Source of the DNA: Deltaproteobacteria bacterium
Lineage (GTDB): Bacteria; Desulfobacterota; Binatia; UBA12015
Assembly (NCBI GenBank): GCA_046583355.1
Contig: JAYGCM010000087.1
Location: 46,988 to 110,987 of the forward strand
Direction: 5' to 3'
Length of the DNA stretch: 64,000 nt
Position numbers and translations under genes: made by a program. Below, one piece after another: positions 16,311 to 23,910 of the stretch. Every line of letters begins with the position of its first letter. Position 1 is the first letter of the stretch. The notes beneath the pieces were generated by a model. It did no database searches. It was not told the DNA's origin and worked only from the letters and a program-made list of their open reading frames with translations.

Positions 16311-18101
16311 ATGGCGGACGTGATTGAGGCCGATTGGGATATGACGTCGTACTTCCCCGAGCATGGAGGCGGGGTCTACCGGGCATTTCGTGAGGAGTTG
16401 GTGGCGGATGTTGCCGAGCTCCGCCGGGCCCTGCCGGGTCTGGGCGCCATCGACGCCGAGGGGTTGGAGCGCTGGGAGGCGTGGCTGCTCCGGTTGGAAG
16501 ATGTCGCTGCCCGCAACCGGCACCTCGGCTCCTACCTGGGCTGCCTTTCTGCGGCGGATGCGCGCGACCAGGCGGTCGCCGCCGATGTCGCCGCCGGAGC
16601 GGCCCTGCGCGCGGAGATCGAGAAGGCCCTGGTGGGTCTGCGTTCGTCTCTGCGCGACGCCGCTGAAGAGGATTTCGGCGCGCTACTTGCGCGCGACGCG
16701 CTCGCGCCGGTGGCCTGGTACCTGCGTCAGGCGCGTTTGCGCTCCCTCTTCAGCATGCAGAGCGCGCTCGAAGGCCTGGCGGCAGACCTCGGCGTCGATG
16801 GCATTGCCGCCTGGGGACGGCTCTACGACAATCTCTCCAGCGCACTCGAATTCGATTTCGAGTCGCCCGATGGGGCGATTCAGCGCTTGCCGATCTCGCG
16901 CGCCCGCAGCCTGATGGGTGACGCCGACCCGGCCGTGCGACGCGCTTCATTTGCCGGCGCGAACCGCGCCTGGGAGACGCAACTCGAGACCTGTGCGGCC
17001 GCGCTCAACGCGATTGCCGGGACGCGGCTGACGCTCTACGAGCGCCGCGGTGTCGAGCATTTTCTCGACCCGGCTTGCTTCGACTCGGGGGTCTCGCGGC
17101 GCACCCTGGCGACCATGATCGGCGTGGCGCGCGATCGGGCCGAGGTGGCGCGACGTATCTTGCGCGAGCGGGCCCGCCGCATGGGGCTGGATGGTCTCGC
17201 CTTTGCCGACCTTGAGGCCCCCTGCGGCTCGTCGGCCAGCGCGCGGATCTCCTTCGAGGATGCGGCCGCGCGCACCACCGATGCCTTTCATCGCTTCTAC
17301 CCCGCACTCGGCCATTTCGCGGCCGAGGCCGTGGCGAAGCGCTGGATCGACCATTCCCCACGTCCCGGCAAACGTCCCGGCGGCTTCTGTTCGTCCTCGC
17401 CACGGCTAGCGGAGAGTCGTATTTTCATGACCTTTGACGGCGCTTTGGGCGATGTCTCGACGCTGGCTCATGAGCTGGGCCATGCGTGGCATTCCCGGGT
17501 GATGGTCGATATGCGCCCGTGGGCGCGGGGCTACCCGATGACGCTGGCGGAGACAGCATCGACCTTCGCCGAGCAGATTCTGATCGATCGGATTCTCTCG
17601 GATCCGGCGGCCGGGCAGGCGGAGAAGGCCGAGGTGCTCGAGGGGCGTCTCGCCGACGCGACCGCGTTCCTCCTGAATACGACAATGCGCTTTACCTTCG
17701 AGGAGGCATTCTACACTGAACGTGCGGCCGGCGAAGTGAGCGCGCAGCGCCTCGGCGAGCTGATGGTCGAGCATCAGCGTTCCTGGTACGGCGATGCGCT
17801 CGCCGACGACGGCCTCGACCCGTATTTCTGGGCCTCGAAGCTCCATTTCTATATCACCGGCCTGTCTTTTTATAATTTCCCCTACACCTTCGGCTACCTT
17901 TTCAGTCAGGGCCTTTTCGCTCGGGCGAAGGCCGAGGGCGCCGATTTTCTCCCGCGCTATGAAGCCCTTCTGCGTGACACCGGTTCGGCTCCGGCCGAGG
18001 AAGTGGCGCGCCGGCATCTGGATGTGGACCTCGAGAAACCTGAATTCTGGAATGCCTCGATCGATCTGGTTGCGGAGGATCTCGAAATCTTTGTGAAATA
18101 A
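16311..18101 (+). CDS. pepF: M3-family oligoendopeptidase F
   Basis: HEXXH zinc motif HELGHAWH plus the downstream E (AETASTFAEQ). Length and architecture match PepF. ATG at 16311 has a GAGAGAGGTG Shine-Dalgarno, and the gene is separated by 3 nt from the SulP stop. Confidence 0.9.
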   Translation: MADVIEADWDMTSYFPEHGGGVYRAFREELVADVAELRRALPGLGAIDAEGLERWEAWLLRLEDVAARNRHLGSYLGCLSAADARDQAVAADVAAGAALRAEIEKALVGLRSSLRDAAEEDFGALLARDALAPVAWYLRQARLRSLFSMQSALEGLAADLGVDGIAAWGRLYDNLSSALEFDFESPDGAIQRLPISRARSLMGDADPAVRRASFAGANRAWETQLETCAAALNAIAGTRLTLYERRGVEHFLDPACFDSGVSRRTLATMIGVARDRAEVARRILRERARRMGLDGLAFADLEAPCGSSASARISFEDAAARTTDAFHRFYPALGHFAAEAVAKRWIDHSPRPGKRPGGFCSSSPRLAESRIFMTFDGALGDVSTLAHELGHAWHSRVMVDMRPWARGYPMTLAETASTFAEQILIDRILSDPAAGQAEKAEVLEGRLADATAFLLNTTMRFTFEEAFYTERAAGEVSAQRLGELMVEHQRSWYGDALADDGLDPYFWASKLHFYITGLSFYNFPYTFGYLFSQGLFARAKAEGADFLPRYEALLRDTGSAPAEEVARRHLDVDLEKPEFWNASIDLVAEDLEIFVK

Positions 18102-18199
18102 GGCGCCCGCACTCAATTCATGAGCGCCGCGAGCCGAACTCCTGTATAGGGGCCTTGCCGGAACGGGGTTTCCCGAGATCGCGGGTCGGTCGGTTTGTC

Positions 18200-18243
18200 T
18201 GTTGGACAAGTGTTGAACAAGGGTTGTCTTGGGTCGTCCAACA
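18200..18243 (+). promoter_or_regulatory. operator-like inverted repeat TGTTGGAC-N28-GTCCAACA with internal TTGTCT direct repeats
   Basis: Arms at 18200-18207 and 18236-18243 are exact reverse complements. TTGTCT occurs at 18195-18200 and 18224-18229. The element sits about 36 nt upstream of a strong Shine-Dalgarno (GGGAGGGAGGG) and the ATG at 18279, in a locally AT-richer stretch. Confidence 0.3.
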
Positions 18244-18278
18244 GGGAAGAGATTGCGAGAGGGAGGGAGGGTCGAGAA

Positions 18279-18476
18279 ATGATTGTACGAATGCTGAATT
18301 CATCGCAGAACCAAAGCGGGGATGCCTATATGATCCACCGTGAGTTGCTCGATCTACCTGAGGAGCGTGCCCTGCAACTCGTCGTTGAGGGGCTTTGTGT
18401 GGTCGTGCCGCCCGAGTCGGGTATGGCCGGTGCAATGACGCTGCCGGACCCCGCCGTCCGCAAGCCACGACCCTGA
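18279..18476 (+). CDS. small hypothetical protein (65 aa)
   Basis: Strong Shine-Dalgarno GGGAGGGAGGG sits 8 nt before ATG 18279. Translation is MIVRMLNSSQNQSGDAYMIHRELLDLPEERALQLVVEGLCVVVPPESGMAGAMTLPDPAVRKPRP. No recognisable family. Codon usage is AT-richer than the window. Confidence 0.35.
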   Translation: MIVRMLNSSQNQSGDAYMIHRELLDLPEERALQLVVEGLCVVVPPESGMAGAMTLPDPAVRKPRP

Positions 18477-18542
18477 GGCCCGATCGGCTTTGTCGGGGCG
18501 GGTGTCGTTGCACTTTCCGGCGGGACCTCTACCCATAATCCT

Positions 18543-19514
18543 GTGTATCGCGAAGAAATTCAGGTCTTGGATTGTACCGTCCGTGACGGCGGTCTGATCA
18601 ACCAATATCAGTTCAAGGACGAGTTTGTGCAGTCCTGCTACCGCGCCGCCTGTGAGGCTGGCGTAGATTGGTGGGAGATCGGCAAAAAACTCGAAGTCAG
18701 CGAGCAATATTCACGTGCCGAATGGGGTGCCTGGAATTTTTGCGCTGATGACGATATCAAGCGCGTGATTGACTCCCATGACGGCGAGCAGCGCGCGAAA
18801 GTCGCCGTGATGTACGATGTCGGCCGGGTGGATGTCTCCAAGTTGGGGCCGGTCGACCAGGGGCCGATCGATATGGTCCGGACGGCCTGTTACGTCGCCG
18901 ATATCGACAAGGGTATCGACCTCGTGCGTCGCACCAAGGATCTGGGCTACGCCACGACACTCAATATCATGGCGCCTTCGGCGGCCATCGAGAGCGAGTT
19001 GGTCGAGGGCTTGGCTGAGGTGAATGAAGTCGAGGAAATCGACTTCCTCTATCTGGTCGATAGTTTCGGTTCGCTCTACTCCGAGCAGATCACCGCCTAC
19101 GTCAAGCTCTATCGCAAGCACGCGCCGAACAAGCAGTTGGGCTTTCACGGGCACAACAACCAGCAACTCGCGTTCGCCAATACGCAGCAGGCGATCATCG
19201 ACGGTGTGAATTTGCTCGACGCGACGGTCAACGGAATCGGTCGCGGTGCGGGCAATTGCAACCTCGAATTGCTGCTGCAGTTTCTGAAGAATCCCAAATT
19301 TGATGTCCGACCGATCTACCGCTGCATTCAGGAGGAATTTCTCTCGCTGCGCCAGGAGATCGAGTGGGGCTACAACGATATCTACGGGATCAGCGGTTGC
19401 CTGAACCAGCATCCGCGGGCCGCCATGAAGCAACGCGGCAAGGGCGGCGCGAAGGACGATTGTTTCGACTTCCTGCTCGAGTGCACGGAGCTCGACGAGG
19501 CACCGCTGGACTGA
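18543..19514 (+). CDS. DRE-TIM metallolyase, HMGL-like / DmpG(MhpE)-type 4-hydroxy-2-oxoacid aldolase homologue
   Basis: (M)YREEIQVLDCTVRDGGLINQYQFKDEFV aligns with MhpE DVTLRDGSHAIRHQYTLDDV. The second metal-site region GFHGHNNQQLAFANTQQAIIDGVNLLDATVNGIGRGAGNCNLE aligns with MhpE [43 protein letters not shown]. GTG start. Local GC is about 55% against about 69% in the surroundings. Confidence 0.8.
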   Translation: MYREEIQVLDCTVRDGGLINQYQFKDEFVQSCYRAACEAGVDWWEIGKKLEVSEQYSRAEWGAWNFCADDDIKRVIDSHDGEQRAKVAVMYDVGRVDVSKLGPVDQGPIDMVRTACYVADIDKGIDLVRRTKDLGYATTLNIMAPSAAIESELVEGLAEVNEVEEIDFLYLVDSFGSLYSEQITAYVKLYRKHAPNKQLGFHGHNNQQLAFANTQQAIIDGVNLLDATVNGIGRGAGNCNLELLLQFLKNPKFDVRPIYRCIQEEFLSLRQEIEWGYNDIYGISGCLNQHPRAAMKQRGKGGAKDDCFDFLLECTELDEAPLD

Positions 19515-19542
19515 GCGCGCCTTGCTCGCGAGTCGATCGCGT

Positions 19543-20661
19543 TCAGCTGAGTTCGCGCAACAACGCGTGCACGCCGCGGGCCGTGCGCTCCCAAGAGAAC
19601 TTCGCGGCACGAGTGCGGCCGCGCGCGCTCTGATTCGCCCGCCGGGCGGGATCGTCAAGTAATTCGGCCAGGCAGACGGCGAGTTCCTCGGTGTTCTTCG
19701 GGTTGAAATAGACGGGCACGTCGCCGCCGACTTCATAGGAGGCGGCGGTCCGGCTGGCCAGGACGGGTGCGCCGGCCGCCATCGCTTCGAGGACCGGCAG
19801 GCCGAAGCCCTCGTAGAGGGACGGCGAGACGAAGAGTTCGGCAGCGGCATAGAATCCGGGTAGATCTCGCGCTTCGACGTAGCCGTATCTTTGGACGCGG
19901 CCCGCGGCGATTTCGGCCGCGAGTCGCCGCTCCAATTCGCGGTCGCGCCAGCCGCTGCCGCCGAGCACGACCAGTTTGACCTCGCCGCTGCGCAGCGCCG
20001 GTATATGGGGCAGCGCCTTGAGCAGGCGCAGCAGGTTCTTGCGCGGCTCCAAGGTGCCAACGAAGAGCAGATAATGCTTCGGCAAAGCATGCGTGCGGCG
20101 GAAGGCCGTTGCGTCGAAATGCGCCGGATCCACAAAAAATTGCGGCGCGACGCCATTCGGGACAGCGCGGACTCGCGTTTGGTCGAAGGCCTTCCAGTCG
20201 AGAATTTCGCGCCGTGTGCTCTCCGAGACGCAATAGATCAGGTCGGCTTCCTCCAGACTCTTCTCGACCCAGAGCTTCGCGATCAGCGCGTTATGCCGCG
20301 CCATGGTCTCCGGGAAGCGGCGAAAGACGAGGTCGTGCATCTGCAGCAGTACGCGGGTGCGCGGCGGCTTCTGGCGCGGGCCCACCTGGAGCGTCGCCCA
20401 ATGGATCTGGCTGCCGGAGTTCCGCAGCGCGGCGCCCAACCCGTAGCGAAAAAAGAGCGACCCCGCGCGGCGCAAAAGCCGCGGCGCCATCGTGATCGGC
20501 AGGCCGTCTTCGGCGGCGCTTGCCTCCAAGGGGCGGCTGGCGAGTAGCAGGTACTCGTCGTCCGGGTCTAATTGCCGCAGCGCGCGCAGGGTTTCGCGCA
20601 ACGCGATTCCCGTGCCGGTCAGCGGCGGGGCTAGCGAACGGGCGTCGATCGCAACCTTCAT
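19543..20661 (-). CDS. GT4-family glycosyltransferase
   Basis: C-terminal GT-B motif ELFVSPSLYEGFGLPVLEAMAAGAPVL. ATG at 20661 (MKVAIDARSL...). Last gene of the minus-strand operon. Confidence 0.8.
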   Translation of the reverse strand: MKVAIDARSLAPPLTGTGIALRETLRALRQLDPDDEYLLLASRPLEASAAEDGLPITMAPRLLRRAGSLFFRYGLGAALRNSGSQIHWATLQVGPRQKPPRTRVLLQMHDLVFRRFPETMARHNALIAKLWVEKSLEEADLIYCVSESTRREILDWKAFDQTRVRAVPNGVAPQFFVDPAHFDATAFRRTHALPKHYLLFVGTLEPRKNLLRLLKALPHIPALRSGEVKLVVLGGSGWRDRELERRLAAEIAAGRVQRYGYVEARDLPGFYAAAELFVSPSLYEGFGLPVLEAMAAGAPVLASRTAASYEVGGDVPVYFNPKNTEELAVCLAELLDDPARRANQSARGRTRAAKFSWERTARGVHALLRELS

Positions 20662-20711
20662 CGCGAGTCTGCCCGCCACCACCTATACCGCCGCATGTGG
20701 CAAAGCGTTTA

Positions 20712-21698
20712 TCAGATCGCTTGCCGGCCTCCCACCCGGGGGAGGACCTCGGCGCCGATACGCTCGAGCACGGCGGCGTCGATGCCGCCGGAGAGCACCA
20801 TATGCGTCAGGCCCCATTCGGCCTCGCGACGCTGCAATTCCTCGACCCATTGGTCGGCTGTGCCGACCAGGGCGATCGGCATGCGGCGGGCAACCTCGGG
20901 GGCAAGCCCGAAGCCACCGGCGACGGCAGCAGTCATCTGCTCGGTCTGCTCTTCGTTGTCGGTGAGGATCGCGATGAATGCGGTGGTCGAGATCTGGATC
21001 TCACGGCCGTGTTTGGCGGCCTCCTCGCGAACGAAATCGACTTTCTTCTTGAAGCCATCTTCGGCGAGCTTGGCGACCTCGGTCATCAGGACGGTGCCAG
21101 CCTTGCCGGTATCGACGATGATATTCACGGTAGCGGCATGCTTCGCCGCGATGCGCAGAAGCCCCTTGCCGCTTCCCCCGAGCACGACGGGCGGCGGAGC
21201 GGCGACCGGCTTGGCGGGCAGGAAGGCATCTTTGAGATGGTAGAACTCGCCGTCAAAGGTGGTGCGCTCTTCGGTCCAGAGGGAGTGGATGACGGTGAGC
21301 GCCTCGTCGAGCTGCCGCAGGCGCGGTTTGATGTCGGGGAAGGGGACACCCGTCATATCGAATTCCGCTTTGGTCCAGCCTGCACCGAGGCCGAGGATGG
21401 CACGCCCGCCGGAGATCTGGTCGAGCGTCGCCATGGCTTGGGCGGTGCTTGCGGGGTGGCGGAAGAGATTGCAGAGCACGAGCCCGCCGATCTCGATTTT
21501 CTCGGTTGCCTGGGCCATCGCGCCGAGAATCGCGATGGCCTCCCAGGCCGGTGTGTTCGGGTCGAGTGCGCCTGCGCCCGGAGGCTCCATGGCGAAATGG
21601 TCCGGTACGAAGGCGTTCTTGATGCCGATCGCCTCGGCCTTCTGCGCCATGGTGATGATTTCCTGGGTGGACCCGTTCAGCTGAATTCCGAATTCCAT
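20712..21698 (-). CDS. LLM-class (luciferase-like) flavin/F420-dependent oxidoreductase
   Basis: MEFGIQLNGSTQEI...GGRAILGLGAGW...VLGGSGKGLLRIAAKHA is typical of the bacterial-luciferase TIM-barrel family. ATG at 21698 (the ORF-track upstream extension is rejected). Confidence 0.8.
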   Translation of the reverse strand: MEFGIQLNGSTQEIITMAQKAEAIGIKNAFVPDHFAMEPPGAGALDPNTPAWEAIAILGAMAQATEKIEIGGLVLCNLFRHPASTAQAMATLDQISGGRAILGLGAGWTKAEFDMTGVPFPDIKPRLRQLDEALTVIHSLWTEERTTFDGEFYHLKDAFLPAKPVAAPPPVVLGGSGKGLLRIAAKHAATVNIIVDTGKAGTVLMTEVAKLAEDGFKKKVDFVREEAAKHGREIQISTTAFIAILTDNEEQTEQMTAAVAGGFGLAPEVARRMPIALVGTADQWVEELQRREAEWGLTHMVLSGGIDAAVLERIGAEVLPRVGGRQAI

Positions 21699-21708
21699 TG
21701 GCTGAGTT

Positions 21709-22158
21709 CTAACGCTGTATCGGGCCTCCGACAACGCCGCGCCGCGCTTCGATTTCCTCGGCGGAAACCCAACGCCCGCTGGAGCGGAAGCCCCAATCCT
21801 GCCGACGACGGCCGACCGCAACAAGCGACCAGGCGTCCGTGCATTGCGAGAGGCGATGCGCGTGGCGGGGTGAAAAGCGGCGCAGGTAGGGTGCCCGGAA
21901 ATGGAACGATTCCATGCTGCCATCTTCGGCGAGGACATCCTCATGGTAGGAGCCGCGGAAGAGAAACGAGACGAAGACGCGCGGATGGTTATGCGGTTCT
22001 TCGGGATCGTCGAGGCGGAAATGGTGCAGGTAGAGGCGCCGGTCGCGGAAGTGCGCCACCACCCAACGGTCGAGATAGGTCACGCCACCGCGCCCGATGG
22101 CCTCGTAGCGGAAGAGGCGCGAGAGCCATCTTCCCATGCGGTTCAGGTCCGAACTCAT
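21709..22158 (-). CDS. hypothetical protein (149 aa), His-rich core
   Basis: ATG at 22158 gives MSSDLNRMGRWLSRLFRYEAIGRGGVTYLDRWVVAHFRDRRLYLHHFRLDDPEEPHNHPRVFVSF... It sits between the monooxygenase and LLM genes with a 10-nt gap to the next start. No recognisable family. Confidence 0.5.
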   Translation of the reverse strand: MSSDLNRMGRWLSRLFRYEAIGRGGVTYLDRWVVAHFRDRRLYLHHFRLDDPEEPHNHPRVFVSFLFRGSYHEDVLAEDGSMESFHFRAPYLRRFSPRHAHRLSQCTDAWSLVAVGRRRQDWGFRSSGRWVSAEEIEARRGVVGGPIQR

Positions 22159-22214
22159 GGCAGCGAGAGAAGCGTTCTTCGGCCGGCCGGGCAAGCCCTT
22201 GGAATGCCCGGCGT

Positions 22215-23729
22215 CTAGGCGACGGCCGCTTGCGGCTGGTCTTGGTTGCCGGATTTCGCCTCGGGCTTGCGCTCCGGCGTCGAGAAGACCAATGCATCGT
22301 CGACCAGTTTGCCGTGGCGTACCATGAGGATATCGCGCAGGTAATTCTGGTAGGCCCGCCATGGCTCGTTTTTCCCCTGACGGGGGAATTGGTCGATCGA
22401 GCGCTTGATGTAGCCGGATTCGAGCGCGAGAATTTCTTCGTCTATCACCGGGGTTCCGTCAGTCCGTGGGCAGACCTGCTCGAAGTCGTTCTTCTTCATA
22501 TAGTTGAGAAGCTTCGCGATATACTCACATGTGAGGTCGCATTTCAGCGTCCAGGAGGCGTTGGTGTAGCCGATCGCCATGGCGAGGTTCGGGATATCGC
22601 TGAAGAGAATCGCCTTATAGGTAAGCGATTTCGAGAGCTCGCGACGTTCGCCATCTACCGTGATCTCAAGGCCAGCGAGGAAGAGCAGGTTCAATCCGGT
22701 TGCCGTGACGATCATATCGGCTTCGAGTTCGCGTCCTGATTTCAGCAGGATTCCCTTCTCCGTGAAGCGTTCAATATGGTCCGTAACTACCGAGGCCTGA
22801 TTTTGATTGATGGCCTTGAAGAGATCGCCGTTGGGCACCAGGCACATTCGTTGGTCCCAGGGTTTGTAGCTCGGGGTAAAATGCGTCTTGACGTCAAAAT
22901 CAGGACCGAGGGCTTTCTGGATTCCTTTCAGGATGCCTCTTTTCGCGGCGTTCGGATAACGACGGACGAAGCGGAACATCGCGGAGAAGAAGAGAATATT
23001 CTTCCAGCGAGTGAGAGCGTATGCTAGTTTCTCGGGCAGCCAGCGGCGCAGGCGGGCGTTGATGGCATCTTTATCCGGTGCGGCAACCATATAAGTCGGC
23101 GAGCGCTGCAGCATCGTCACATGCGCGGCCGTCTTTGCCATCTCGGGCACCAGCGTGACGGCGGTAGCGCCGGAGCCGATCACCACGACCTTCTTGTCCT
23201 TGTAGACGATATCGTCGGTCCATTCCTGGGGGTGGACGATCTGGCCCTGGAAATCTTCCATGCCCGCGAAGTCCGGCGTGTAGCCCTTATCGTAATTATA
23301 GTAGCCGCTGCACATGAAGAGGAAGTTGCAGGTGATCTGGCTGATTCCACTGCCGTCGGTGCGTTCGGTCTCGAGTGTCCAGCGAGCGTCGGGGGTGGAC
23401 CACGCGGCTCGCTTCGCCTGAAGCCCGTAGCGGATTTTCTTGTCGATGCCGTTGTCACGCGCGGTATCGCGCACGTACTCGCGGATCGAGGGTCCGTCGG
23501 CGATGGCCTTCTCGGCCACCCAGGGCCTGAACGAGTAGCCGAGCGTATGCATATCGGAGTCCGAGCGGACGCCCGGGTAGCGAAAGAGGTCCCAGGTGCC
23601 GCCGATCGCCTCGCGGCGCTCGAGGATCGCGTAACTGCGGTCGGGGCATTCCTTTTGCAGATGATAGCCCGCCGCGATTCCGGAGAGGCCGGCGCCGACG
23701 ATGATGACATCGAAATGTTCCATGCTCAT
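22215..23729 (-). CDS. FAD-dependent flavin-containing / Baeyer-Villiger-type monooxygenase
   Basis: MSMEHFDVIIVGAGLSGIAAGY is a Rossmann GxGxxG. ...ILERREAIGGTWDLFRYPGVRSDSDMHTLGYSF is the FxGxxxHxxxW/Y-like BVMO fingerprint region. A second dinucleotide-binding motif is KKVVVIGSGATA. ATG at 23729 or 23723. Confidence 0.85.
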   Translation of the reverse strand: MSMEHFDVIIVGAGLSGIAAGYHLQKECPDRSYAILERREAIGGTWDLFRYPGVRSDSDMHTLGYSFRPWVAEKAIADGPSIREYVRDTARDNGIDKKIRYGLQAKRAAWSTPDARWTLETERTDGSGISQITCNFLFMCSGYYNYDKGYTPDFAGMEDFQGQIVHPQEWTDDIVYKDKKVVVIGSGATAVTLVPEMAKTAAHVTMLQRSPTYMVAAPDKDAINARLRRWLPEKLAYALTRWKNILFFSAMFRFVRRYPNAAKRGILKGIQKALGPDFDVKTHFTPSYKPWDQRMCLVPNGDLFKAINQNQASVVTDHIERFTEKGILLKSGRELEADMIVTATGLNLLFLAGLEITVDGERRELSKSLTYKAILFSDIPNLAMAIGYTNASWTLKCDLTCEYIAKLLNYMKKNDFEQVCPRTDGTPVIDEEILALESGYIKRSIDQFPRQGKNEPWRAYQNYLRDILMVRHGKLVDDALVFSTPERKPEAKSGNQDQPQAAVA

Positions 23730-23910
23730 TGGTGGCAGGTTAGCGTATGGCAGATCAGAGAACAGCACGGAGTTTCCCACCTGTAGGGAGCACCGCTTGA
23801 TCGGTTTTCTGGGCCGCTCAAGGGTACCAGCAGGCATTCGGCTCGGGCGGGCGGATCCGCTGTGGGCGAATTGCCGTTGCACTTTCCCGCCGGATCTCTA
23901 GGTTGCGGCG

